A DNA stretch of 58,004 bases, from the NCBI GenBank assembly GCA_038046405.1, contig JBBSWI010000003.1:1-58004 (forward strand). The letters run 5' to 3'. Origin of the DNA: Nanobdellota archaeon (lineage in GTDB: Archaea > Nanobdellota > Nanobdellia > SCGC-AAA011-G17 > JAGVZF01). This document shows, piece by piece, positions 1-9,678 of the stretch. Made by a program: the position numbers and the translations under genes. The stretch's first letter is position 1, and every line of letters begins with the position of its first letter. The notes under the pieces were generated by a model, which was given only the letters and a program-made list of their open reading frames with translations, was not told the DNA's origin and did no database searches.

Positions 1-3000
1 TATAACCAAAATTATTGTTCTCTGTTGCTATTTTATTTTTGGTGTTAAAATCATAGATTACATATCCTGTATTGATTAATTGTTTGGTTTGTGATCCTTG
101 TGGCGTCAATACACCGTAAGGCTTGAATTTTAGTGTTCCAGAACTTACAGTTCCCTGATCTCTCACTGGTTTGTAACTTTTCTTAAGCTTTCCATTTTCG
201 TAATACTCATTATTCATGCGTATTGTTGATGAAGGGGATTCTATTACTGCAGCCTGTTTGATTTTTCCAAGACCATCGCTGAAACTTCTTGATTCTACTG
301 AAACAAGGTCGTTCAAAACGTTTGTTGTGCTAACATAATTTAAGTTCGGAAAACTATTGTCGCAATTAGGATTACTATCGAGGGCATAGCAGTAAGATAT
401 CTTTTGTGAAGGCAACAGGTCATAAGGTTTTATGACTTCTGTAAGTCTTCCTAGAGCATCATAATTGTAGCTTGTTGTTTTTTGGTTTATTTCGGTGATT
501 GCTTTAATATTCCCTGATTCATCATAAGTGCTCTTCTGGATAGGATTAGCGCTGCTTCCAAGGAATTCATTCCATATTTTCTCTGGATATTTATTCAGAT
601 AGTATGTTGTATGATATTCTGTGCCTATCGGATCTGTGTACTTCAACAAGTTTCCATGAGTATCATATTGATCAAAATTCACATATACATATTCATTATC
701 TGGGGGGTATATGTTTTCAGGGTCTATCTGCTGGTTTTTATTTTTGTCAAGCCAGGTTTTTTTGGCTGCAGGATAAACCTGATCATTATTGAATGTAAGC
801 CATATTGTATCTGTGTATGACAAAGGTTTTCTTGATGATGCCATACCATAAGAATCATAAGAGGTTTCCATTAAAGTGACGCTTCCTTCTTGGCCCTTCA
901 TATTCTTCTGCAAGAAAAGCCCAGGTTGATTTTGGAACGCAAAATTGTAATTAATCTCTCTTGCTTTTATAGGAATGCAACTATAATAAGAAACTGATCC
1001 GAGCATGCCTAATGCAGGTAAACTAGGCAATGTATAGGCATAACAATTTTTATACAAAAGGTATTCTATTACCTTCTTTGGCATACCATTGAAATTAGAG
1101 TAGCTATAAATGTTTCCCGGGTTGAATGAAGAGCCATAGCTGCTGTCCGGGATATCATTCCCAGCAGAGTAATAAGAAAATGCCTTTGAACTTATTATAT
1201 TCGGGACAGATGAACCTGCAGAGTATTCAACTTCTTGTTGCCTCATCAAGAAATTCCCTGAAGATGAATAAGCATAAGCATCTTTGCCGGTAAATGTATC
1301 TGGAACAACCCTTGCATAGGGTATGGGTATTCCTTTTTCTTCGTCTAAATGGTCCCAGTCAAGAAGTGGTACTTTGTATATATGCTTTGACCATGTATTA
1401 AACCAATCGCTGTAACTAACGTCATCCATTTTAAGATCGTTACCGTCAAGATTATATGAATAGAAAGTTTCTCTGAACAAAGTATAATCAGATTTGGAAA
1501 GTCTTGTCCTGATTGGCCGCCCATATTGATAATCAAATGACGTGATACAATTACCATTTCCACTGCACGCACTAGGATAATCTCTTGCAGTTATATAGTA
1601 ATCTACCATGGCTCCGGAGTCTGAACCTCCAGATTTCCCGATTATTCTTGTTGCTACACTTGTATATGCAACTTTATTTACATTAGATCGGCCAATATCA
1701 CTTTCTGAATAAGAATATCCAGCACTCACACTTCCTTTGCAGCCAATAAATTCAGATGGCCAGTATTGGGTTGCAGTTGTTTTTATTTTTCTGCAAAAAG
1801 GATCGCTTTCTATTACGCCCATTCCATATTGATAATATGTCGAGGTTATTTCTCCAGAGCCATCATCTGCTTCTATTCTAGATAGCCTTGTTCCAAGCCC
1901 ATTAAACGGATTAAAATTTGCCGGGCATGTACTCCAAAAAGGAACAGTGCCTATATTATCTTGTAAACATCTTAGCGTACCAATCTCTTGAACATCTTGT
2001 AGATAATAAACATTATCTGGTTGAAAAACATACTTTACGTTGCCGCCAGTAGGATAAGTTATTGTGCTAATCAAGAAATCTGTGGGGTCATTGGCACATA
2101 GGCCATATTTATTTTCGGCGCTGCATGGAATGTTCTTGTATTCAAATTTTGTCGGTGGCAATGAAGCAGATTCTGATATTCCATACTCCTTTATCTGCCT
2201 TAAGGTCAGTTTGCCATTAATTCTGCTGGAGTCTGTATAATAATCAAAGGCTACCTTCTTCAATAATTCTTGAGATGCTCCAGGCACCCCAGGATTCTGC
2301 TTTAATGATATGAAGTTCAGTCTCTTTAATCCGGGCCTTACAGAGTCATATATGCCTCTTGTTGGACTATAGTCTAAATTTACTTCATACAAAGGGGTTG
2401 TTATCTTTATTAACCTATAATCTACTATTGTTGAGGAGCTTGTTATTCTTGCTTGCTTGAACAAATGTGATCCTTCATTCCCATAGAAAACAGAGCTTGA
2501 GTAAAGATAGCTTGGAGAGTTTTCTATAGTAATTGTTGGACCGGTTTCATAATCAAATTTCACCCAGCTTCCTTTATCATTCTGGCTTGGTCCAGGAATC
2601 GAGTCAGAATCTACATAATCAGCGCTTTCTATGTAAGCAAGTGGCCATGAATAAGTATATGGCTTATTGGCGGGGCTTATAACTAAGTTTCTTATAGAGC
2701 ATGCATAATTTAAGAACTTAATTTGTTCATCAGTACTTGTGATAAGCTCCGGATCATTGTCACATATTGTTTGTGTTGTTCTTGTGTTTATGACAAGATC
2801 TTTGAATATGTACCTAGTCCCATCTTGCACAGTAACAACAAATTCGCTAATGCCGTTTACGCCACCAGCATCGTATGAATAAGATATTTTCCATGGTTTT
2901 ACATTGCCAAAAATAAATTGCCTATTGCTATTGAGCATCATTCCGCTGCCTTCACCATTAACACTAATGTAGAAATTATCCGGATTGCCTCTATTCACTC

Positions 3001-3601
3001 CCTTGATATAATCATATAATTTATTGTTGCTATTACTATTCTTGCATAATCCGTCAAAAGTATCCCAATAGCAGCCACTTATAGCTAGGCAGTCATTAGA
3101 TGGGTTAGGGCGGCAATCTACAGCACTAGGGCATATATTAACTCCGGGAATGTCTTTTTCTGAGTATTTTGATCCATATCCACCAGGCCTATCAAAAAGC
3201 CATCCTGTCTCTTCTACATTAACAGTATTGCCATTACAATCGCTGTCAATACGGTCATTTACATGGATATATTCGTCAGGGACCCCATTAACAGATCTTG
3301 TAATTGCACTTGATGCTCCAAGGCTAAATCCAAATCCGACATCAGTTGAATCTTTTCTTAATGTATTGTCAGAAGAACTGTAAATAATGTTTACGGGAAT
3401 GTCAAGGCCGCCTAACCCAGGAACATTAAACAATTGTATCGGCAATATCAGGTCTCCTCCAGATCCTGAAGACCCTTTGTCAACATTTGCAAAAGAAGCT
3501 GCCTGCGGATTTGCTGCATTCATATCTGCGTTAGCATAGTCTACATAGAATGAGGTAAGCAAAAAGACTAGAGCTAGTAATAGAAAAGCTGCTTTATTCA
3601 C
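1..3601 (-). CDS. Large secreted YD-repeat/RHS-family protein, partial (>=1200 aa, runs off the window start)
   Basis: Not in the ORF track because it has no stop in the window. GTG at 3601 follows an AGAGGGGG SD-like run. It reads MNKAAFLLLALVFLLTSFYVDYANA (signal peptide), then GGDLILPIQLFNVPGLGGLDIPVNIIYSS...VGFGFSLGASSAITRSVNGVPD (typical RHS N-terminus), LISTITYPTGGNVKY (~2080) and YDALGRLTEVIKPY (~463). The frame was spot-checked as identical at 3601, 2080, 463 and 61. Confidence 0.85.
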   Translation of the reverse strand, partial: MNKAAFLLLALVFLLTSFYVDYANADMNAANPQAASFANVDKGSSGSGGDLILPIQLFNVPGLGGLDIPVNIIYSSSDNTLRKDSTDVGFGFSLGASSAITRSVNGVPDEYIHVNDRIDSDCNGNTVNVEETGWLFDRPGGYGSKYSEKDIPGVNICPSAVDCRPNPSNDCLAISGCYWDTFDGLCKNSNSNNKLYDYIKGVNRGNPDNFYISVNGEGSGMMLNSNRQFIFGNVKPWKISYSYDAGGVNGISEFVVTVQDGTRYIFKDLVINTRTTQTICDNDPELITSTDEQIKFLNYACSIRNLVISPANKPYTYSWPLAYIESADYVDSDSIPGPSQNDKGSWVKFDYETGPTITIENSPSYLYSSSVFYGNEGSHLFKQARITSSSTIVDYRLIKITTPLYEVNLDYSPTRGIYDSVRPGLKRLNFISLKQNPGVPGASQELLKKVAFDYYTDSSRINGKLTLRQIKEYGISESASLPPTKFEYKNIPCSAENKYGLCANDPTDFLISTITYPTGGNVKYVFQPDNVYYLQDVQEIGTLRCLQDNIGTVPFWSTCPANFNPFNGLGTRLSRIEADDGSGEITSTYYQYGMGVIESDPFCRKIKTTATQYWPSEFIGCKGSVSAGYSYSESDIGRSNVNKVAYTSVATRIIGKSGGSDSGAMVDYYITARDYPSACSGNGNCITSFDYQYGRPIRTRLSKSDYTLFRETFYSYNLDGNDLKMDDVSYSDWFNTWSKHIYKVPLLDWDHLDEEKGIPIPYARVVPDTFTGKDAYAYSSSGNFLMRQQEVEYSAGSSVPNIISSKAFSYYSAGNDIPDSSYGSSFNPGNIYSYSNFNGMPKKVIEYLLYKNCYAYTLPSLPALGMLGSVSYYSCIPIKAREINYNFAFQNQPGLFLQKNMKGQEGSVTLMETSYDSYGMASSRKPLSYTDTIWLTFNNDQVYPAAKKTWLDKNKNQQIDPENIYPPDNEYVYVNFDQYDTHGNLLKYTDPIGTEYHTTYYLNKYPEKIWNEFLGSSANPIQKSTYDESGNIKAITEINQKTTSYNYDALGRLTEVIKPYDLLPSQKISYCYALDSNPNCDNSFPNLNYVSTTNVLNDLVSVESRSFSDGLGKIKQAAVIESPSSTIRMNNEYYENGKLKKSYKPVRDQGTVSSGTLKFKPYGVLTPQGSQTKQLINTGYVIYDFNTKNKIATENNNFGY

Positions 3602-3710
3602 AATATCAACACCCCCTCTAATAAGTTGCTAATGTCGAGATATATAAATTTTATTATTCCCATCTTCATTGAGTTTTAATAAATCTTCTAGTATATTTTA
3701 ATGAACAATA

Positions 3711-4256
3711 TTACTTGCCCTTTATATAAAAACCAACAGCATATGCAGTATTATTTCTTTTGTCAATGACCCTGCCTACTAAATCACAGTCATTCGAAAG
3801 CGCTTCCTGCTTATCTCTGCTATGGCGTGCTATGTCAAGGTTTTTACATGCATAATAAAGATATAGCAATCCTGCTTCAAGATTTTTAGCTTGTTCTTCT
3901 AAACCCCTCCCAGAAATGTCCTCTATGTCTTCTATGCAGGCATGGTTCTTTAGTCTTGGATAATCAAAAATTCCCATATCCATCTGATCTGGAGTGAGGT
4001 TTGCTTTTTTTAAATAGTCCTTTACTATTTTTGACCCGAGAATGGCTGTTTTATAGTCGCTTCTTGAGCCATCAACATAAATGGGCCTAGTAAAAACGTC
4101 AATGCTTAAATCCTTTGGGCTTTGTATATGGTATGAAGCATAATCTTCTGGTCTTATGTCCGGAGTGAGAGTTTTTACTTCATTTCCACAGCCAGATGCC
4201 GAAATCCCAAGTAGCAAAGCTGCAATTCCTCTTAAGCTTGTCCTGTATTTTGTCAT
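3711..4256 (-). CDS. Predicted lipoprotein, unknown function (possible RHS immunity or accessory protein)
   Basis: 181 aa with basic N-terminus, hydrophobic stretch and lipobox-like ISASGC; lies between two RHS genes on the same strand. Confidence 0.65.
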   Translation of the reverse strand: MTKYRTSLRGIAALLLGISASGCGNEVKTLTPDIRPEDYASYHIQSPKDLSIDVFTRPIYVDGSRSDYKTAILGSKIVKDYLKKANLTPDQMDMGIFDYPRLKNHACIEDIEDISGRGLEEQAKNLEAGLLYLYYACKNLDIARHSRDKQEALSNDCDLVGRVIDKRNNTAYAVGFYIKGK

Positions 4257-4301
4257 TTTTACTACTTAAGTGTAATTATATTGGTATATAAGCATTTTGA
4301 T

Positions 4302-5954
4302 TTATTCAACCCTCGTCAAGTCTGGCTCCGCAATAATAGGAATCCTTTGCCGATTTACTTCTTTTTTTGGTTTTGAACGAGCATAGTCAGGAAGTTTCTT
4401 GCTATGCACTCTTTTTATCATCTGCAAGAATAATGCTTTTTGTTCTTCGCTTAGCGGTTTTTTTCTGAAATTATTGAAATATATTCTATTGGCATTTTCA
4501 CTAAAATCCACATATCTTAAGAGCGATATGTAATCTCGTTCATTATTTATTTTTGTCATGGTATATTCTACATCAGACATGGTTACAAGATATTTATATG
4601 GCCTCAAAGCATTTTGGGTTTGAATGCCTGTGAACGGATTCTCCCAGGAGCTTGGTGAATTGTCTCGTATAGCAAAAGTGTTCGCCATAGGTATAAAATT
4701 AATCCAGAAATTATTCCACCCAATAGTTTCGATGTCTTCTCCAATGGCTATTGCATCTTTTGTAGCAATCTGAACATTCCTTAAGAAAGCTACACCTTCG
4801 CTGAATCCTGCAATACCGCCAGATATTAGCCCTGCACTTGATGTCGGGATTAAATTATTCCGGCTATTTACTTTTGAAACATAAACGTTATTAATGTTAT
4901 AATATGCATCATGCGGGCCCTTTACTATCAAATCGGGGGCCTTATTGTTGGATACTTTTGCTTGTCCGTCAGGATCATTATATGCTAGGGGATTATTGCT
5001 TACATAAGCATAACCAGACTCTCTAGTATCAAAAACAGGATCATTTGAATTAAATCTCCCTATTTCTGCATCATAATAACGAGCACCGAAATAAACAAGG
5101 TTTGAGTTATCAGTCTCTTTCTCAGAGTATCTCCTGTCATTGTACATATCATTTTTTGTGGAGAAACCATTCCCGAATGGCTCAAAATGATTGCTTTGCA
5201 CTACATTGCCATTAGTATCGGTGGCAATTATTATATTTTTCTGCAGGTCTTCATGGTAGTATATTTCATCATTATTTGGCCCGGATATCGCCAGAATTAA
5301 TCTTCCATTAAGATAGACAAAACTCTGGCTCTGCGGTTTGGGTTTGTTGTTTATAAACTTAAAGAAGTCAAATATAGAACCTCCAGTAATAATACTCAAA
5401 TTCTCATTTGTTTGGTTGTCTATTGGCAATGTTGTATTATCATTGTCAATTGGAAGAGGAAGGACTTCGATATTCAATGTTGCATTATTGTTGGACTCAT
5501 TGTCTTCATCTATGTTATTATCCTTATCAAGGATTAAATTTAAAGTATAATTCCCCTCTTTATCAAATTTAATTGGCGATATTTTATATTTGCCGGACTT
5601 GTTTAGATAAAATTCTTCAATATAATCTGAATTAGACAATTCCAAGATTCCGCGAAATTCAACGCCACCTAGATTTTCTGTTTTTACTTCAAAGCTGCCC
5701 TCTATTGTTTCATTAGAAAGAATTTGATCTTTTTCTATATAGAACTTTTTTAATACAATGTCTCGGGGTTTATCCTCATCAACAGGAGTTTTTACTGGTT
5801 CTGGAACAATCTCAATCTGCTTTTTTATCTTTGTTGCAGAGCCAGGAACATTAGAAGTGTTATCTGTAACTGCGAAAGATAAAGTTAACAACAATATGAC
5901 TATTGCAAACATCACGGCATATACAAATAATTTTCTTCCGAAGTTAAACACCAT
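4302..5954 (-). CDS. CARDB-like domain + RHS repeat-associated core + unknown C-terminal tip domain
   Basis: N-terminal TM/signal; GNYTLNLILDKDNNIDEDNESNN (CARDB signature); YYHEDLQKN...YFGARYYDAEIGRFNSNDP...YAYVSNNPLAYNDPDG (RHS core ending in DPxG); about 220-aa variable tail. Confidence 0.85.
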   Translation of the reverse strand: MVFNFGRKLFVYAVMFAIVILLLTLSFAVTDNTSNVPGSATKIKKQIEIVPEPVKTPVDEDKPRDIVLKKFYIEKDQILSNETIEGSFEVKTENLGGVEFRGILELSNSDYIEEFYLNKSGKYKISPIKFDKEGNYTLNLILDKDNNIDEDNESNNNATLNIEVLPLPIDNDNTTLPIDNQTNENLSIITGGSIFDFFKFINNKPKPQSQSFVYLNGRLILAISGPNNDEIYYHEDLQKNIIIATDTNGNVVQSNHFEPFGNGFSTKNDMYNDRRYSEKETDNSNLVYFGARYYDAEIGRFNSNDPVFDTRESGYAYVSNNPLAYNDPDGQAKVSNNKAPDLIVKGPHDAYYNINNVYVSKVNSRNNLIPTSSAGLISGGIAGFSEGVAFLRNVQIATKDAIAIGEDIETIGWNNFWINFIPMANTFAIRDNSPSSWENPFTGIQTQNALRPYKYLVTMSDVEYTMTKINNERDYISLLRYVDFSENANRIYFNNFRKKPLSEEQKALFLQMIKRVHSKKLPDYARSKPKKEVNRQRIPIIAEPDLTRVE

Positions 5955-6143
5955 AAACCCCCACTTCTTTTTGGTTTATGTAAATCTCACCTCAAAAAGA
6001 TAGCTAGACAATATGTGGGGAAACTATATAAACATTACTTAAACTTGCTGGTATGAACATAACAACTAGATGTTTTTTAACTCATATTTCCCACTTAACG
6101 TTCGATTAGATAAATTTTTATATTTATTTTTTATTGGTATATT

Positions 6144-6743
6144 ATGATTATTGTTGATGTTGAAACAACGGGGCTTGATCCAAAAAAACATTCTATTGTA
6201 AGTATAGGCGCCATTGATTTCTTTAATCCTGAAAATCAATTTTATGAAGAGTGCAGAATTTTTGATAATGCCGAGATAACACAAGAGGCGCTTGCAATAA
6301 ACGGATTCACAGAAGAACAAATAAAGAATCCAAATAAACGGCCTCAGAGAGAGGTTATAAAACAATTTTTAATATGGATAGTAAAGTTCAATTATAGGAC
6401 TATTGCTGGGCAAAATCCCTCCTTTGACAGAGATTTTTTAAAATCTGCTGCAGAAAGATTTAAATTATACTGGCCTTTGCACCATAGAACTGTTGATCTT
6501 CATTCATTATGTTATGCAAATTACCTCAAAAGAGGTTTATTGCCTCCAATCAAAGAAGGCATGAGCAATTTAAGCCCTTCTCAAATATACATTTATGTTG
6601 GATTGCCTGAAGAAAAAATTCCGCATAACGGACTTCTCGGCGCAAAAATGGAAGCGGAAGCCTTCAGCAGATTAGTTTATGGTAAAAATTTACTGCAGGA
6701 ATTCAAACAGTATGAAATTCCAAAATATTTAAATCAAAATTAG
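6144..6743 (+). CDS. DEDDh 3'-5' exonuclease (DnaQ/oligoribonuclease-like)
   Basis: IVDVETTG (ExoI), GQNPSFDRDF (ExoII), PHNGLLGA (ExoIII His; the last Asp appears replaced). Confidence 0.85.
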   Translation: MIIVDVETTGLDPKKHSIVSIGAIDFFNPENQFYEECRIFDNAEITQEALAINGFTEEQIKNPNKRPQREVIKQFLIWIVKFNYRTIAGQNPSFDRDFLKSAAERFKLYWPLHHRTVDLHSLCYANYLKRGLLPPIKEGMSNLSPSQIYIYVGLPEEKIPHNGLLGAKMEAEAFSRLVYGKNLLQEFKQYEIPKYLNQN

Positions 6744-6798
6744 TGTACTATAAACTGTGTTGAGTACAATAAAAAAATAAAATTGTGGCCTGTTTGTT

Positions 6799-7029
6799 CT
6801 ATACAATATCTTTCTCTAGGCCACCGCACAAATCTTGCAATTTTTTCTTTTCATATAAAACAGCACTTATCATCAATGCCCCACCACCAATACCAAAACC
6901 CAATGGCAAGCAATAATTATACATATTTATATTGTAATTCTCTTTTGTGAAATAATAGGGGATTGTAGACAACATGTATAATGTTGATGCATATAATATA
7001 AATTTGCCAGTCTTGAATAATATGTCCAT
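6799..7029 (-). CDS. Small hypothetical membrane protein
   Basis: 76 aa with two hydrophobic segments; TATA-like sequence upstream. Confidence 0.5.
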   Translation of the reverse strand: MDILFKTGKFILYASTLYMLSTIPYYFTKENYNINMYNYCLPLGFGIGGGALMISAVLYEKKKLQDLCGGLEKDIV

Positions 7030-7192
7030 TTAGATTTTCCATTTTGATTAAAATATCTTATGATAAAATTACTATATAAACATAACTTATACAACAAAAT
7101 TTTCAATAAGATTCCAGGCCATGCCCACTTATCTACATTCGGAACTATTTCTGAAATCTAAAGTATTATAAACTTAAAAATAGCCTTAATTT

Positions 7193-7547
7193 TGTAGGTA
7201 AGTGCCTAACTTACGGAACCTTGAAGGCGTAGCGTTTTTCGCGAATGCTCTTCTGAAATGGGTTCTGAGGAAAGTCCATCCACCGCAAAAAGGTTGCTTA
7301 TCGCAAGGTAAGTTTCAGAAATGGAAGGCAACTATTCAGAAACGATACAGCCTTTTGCTGCAAAAAATGTGGCTCGCGAAGTTTCTCGTGAGAGAAATGA
7401 GATAACCAGCTGAATAGGCAAAAGGAATTGGTGAAACGATAGACCCAACCGGTGCAAGTCTCCAAGAGACGCTCAGTAAAATGTTAGGACAGTTTATTCC
7501 TTTGCATAAAGGAAAACTGACAGAAGGTGGCTTATAGCTTACCTACA
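7193..7547 (+). ncRNA. rnpB: RNase P RNA (archaeal)
   Basis: Conserved CR-I GAGGAAAGTCC (~7267), CAGAAAC and TGAAACG elements, GTGCAAG, and CR-V ACAGAAGGTGGCTTAT (~7520). Terminal P1 helix TGTAGGTAAG (7193-7202) pairs with CTTACCTACA (7538-7547). TTTATAAA-like promoter just upstream; GC above background. Confidence 0.92.
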
Positions 7548-9628
7548 CTTTCATTTCTGCTCTTAAGATAGCTTCTTAAGTTTTTATGATGTTTTAATTC
7601 TGAAATCAGATGCTCACAGTATTCCCTTGAATCCCCAAACCTCTGGAAGAATGGCCATTCTTCCTTTAATCGAGAAAAAAAGAATTTCCTGTCATTCAAT
7701 AATCTTTGATCTTCTAGATATACTTCTTCAATGCGGGAATTTAATCTTTCTATAAATGGATCGTTGTTCGGAACTTTTATTATAGTGTATTCTTGGCTCT
7801 TATGCAATCCTTTCAGTATAGATGGATTTTTTTCAAGGTCTATTTCAAAAGGCCTGTTTATCAGTATTAAATAATAATTGTCTGGATTCAAAGACAATCC
7901 ATTTTTAATCCCTAAAGCATAGCTTAGTAATTGGTATTTATAGCCGAGCTTTGCATACGGAAATTTTCTTGACCTCTTTGCGTCCAAAACGACAATATCC
8001 GCCTCAGAGCCATTTTGCAATAGAAAAGAAGCATCAAAATGCCCAAGAACATTTATTCCATCATTAGTGTAAAGAACAGGCCTTTCACAGTATTCTTGCC
8101 TATTTGTTACTGGAAATCCTATTAGCTGCAATAATTCATTGTGTTTATAATTGATATCTGGTTGGGAGAACATAATTTTGTGCATTAATGTGCCGAACTC
8201 CGCAAACTCGTTCGGCTTTACAGTTATAGGAAACAAATATTTATACATGCCAATAAACCTTCCTATGACGCTGTCATTATAGAAACTGCTAGACCTAATG
8301 TCCAGTTGAGAAGGCACTTCAAATCTGGGAGTCAAAACAATCTGCTTGCCTTTTATTTCATTGCGCCATGAATAATGCCTTCTTGATGAATCCACAACAT
8401 CAAAGTCTTTCCCCGACATTAATTCGACCAATATTGTTTCTATGCCCTTAATGCCGAAATGCATATCTGCTGCCTGCTTTTTTAACAGCTCAACAGATTT
8501 TGCTTCTTTTTCAGAAAAAAAGTTGTTGTTGCAGCAGTCTTCTAGAGTATTCGCTTTTTTCTGGAAGGGGCATAGCATATAAGAATTGAACGGACATATC
8601 AATGATTCCAAATTAATGCCTTGCTCTTCCTTGATTGGCAAAGTTTTTGGAGTGATTATTGTCTTGTTTTTGTGGGCGTGCCTTGAAACCAAGAATCCAT
8701 TTAGTATGTTTATTGCGCTGATATCTGATTCTCCTTTGTCGCTTCTTTCTGTGTTGCGCATTGGACCTTCCATGCCGCCAATTATATGACAAGGAATTTT
8801 ATTTTCGGTGGAAGCCCTCCCAATAATGGGGAGAGCATAGCCTGTTTTCATTGAAAAGAGATTAATTTCAGTTAAACCAAGCAGTTTTATTATATTAGAA
8901 AATGCATTGATCATAATTAAGTTATTAAGCAGGACTTCATAGCCAATCCTTTCCTTTATCGCAGCAATATTCTCGCCCGGATTAAATTCTTGCGGGCTCT
9001 TTTTTAATTGGTATAGCCTTCTTTCGCTGCTGAAACATTCCTCATAGAACTCGTAATTTGCCGTGCTTCCCGAGCTTTCTAATGATTTCTCCAAAGAGCC
9101 GAATCCTTTTTTATTATGGTCAAGAAGCCAGTCATTAACACCGTAAACTATTTCTTTAGACGCATGGACTATTTTCCCATCTTTGAAAGTGAACGGAAAT
9201 ACTACAGGAGAGACTGGGACAACCAAAACATTTCTATATGCTTCCGGATTCTCCAAATACTTTTGAAGCATTTTACTTGTTAAAGCAAAGGATTCTGTAA
9301 ATGGATCAGTTGCAATCTTTTTAGGGATCCCAGACCCTTGATTTGTAAGATTTATGGAAACGCTTGTTGAGAATATAACAGTTTCAAAACATTCTTTTAG
9401 TTCTGGCAGTATTTCTTTCAAATCTGAATTGTATAGAAAAAATTTCTCGAAATTCCCATAATGCCTTTTGTCTCTGGTTTTCTCTTGCGCTTTTTCAAAC
9501 ATCTCTTCCAGAACTTTTGCCTTATACCTTCCGCGGTTTGTGAATTTAATATCAGTCAAAAAAGGCCTTGATACCTGGATTATATCTGCGGGATCATTGA
9601 TTAATTGTGTTGTATGAATATATGTCAT
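7532..9628 (-). CDS. Large protein with an unknown N-terminal region and a C-terminal Cas4-like PD-(D/E)xK nuclease domain
   Basis: C-terminal GTLMHK...YCE...VLGHFDA...VVLDAKRS...YKYQLLSYA matches the RecB/Cas4-family motifs (GxxxH, E, GxxD, D/ExK, QxxxY). Cys cluster ICPFNSYMLCPF...DCC in the middle. Confidence 0.75.
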   Translation of the reverse strand: MTYIHTTQLINDPADIIQVSRPFLTDIKFTNRGRYKAKVLEEMFEKAQEKTRDKRHYGNFEKFFLYNSDLKEILPELKECFETVIFSTSVSINLTNQGSGIPKKIATDPFTESFALTSKMLQKYLENPEAYRNVLVVPVSPVVFPFTFKDGKIVHASKEIVYGVNDWLLDHNKKGFGSLEKSLESSGSTANYEFYEECFSSERRLYQLKKSPQEFNPGENIAAIKERIGYEVLLNNLIMINAFSNIIKLLGLTEINLFSMKTGYALPIIGRASTENKIPCHIIGGMEGPMRNTERSDKGESDISAINILNGFLVSRHAHKNKTIITPKTLPIKEEQGINLESLICPFNSYMLCPFQKKANTLEDCCNNNFFSEKEAKSVELLKKQAADMHFGIKGIETILVELMSGKDFDVVDSSRRHYSWRNEIKGKQIVLTPRFEVPSQLDIRSSSFYNDSVIGRFIGMYKYLFPITVKPNEFAEFGTLMHKIMFSQPDINYKHNELLQLIGFPVTNRQEYCERPVLYTNDGINVLGHFDASFLLQNGSEADIVVLDAKRSRKFPYAKLGYKYQLLSYALGIKNGLSLNPDNYYLILINRPFEIDLEKNPSILKGLHKSQEYTIIKVPNNDPFIERLNSRIEEVYLEDQRLLNDRKFFFSRLKEEWPFFQRFGDSREYCEHLISELKHHKNLRSYLKSRNESVGKL

Positions 9629-9678
9629 ATTTTTAACATATTAAAAAGGCTTTTAAAAATATCTACAATAACAGAATA

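Noticed and set aside
604-3383. Short track ORFs at 604, 611, 1345 and 3150
   Set aside because: Shadows of the long minus-strand RHS frame.
7202-7405. 67-aa ORF in the track
   Set aside because: Lies inside the RNase P RNA; spurious.
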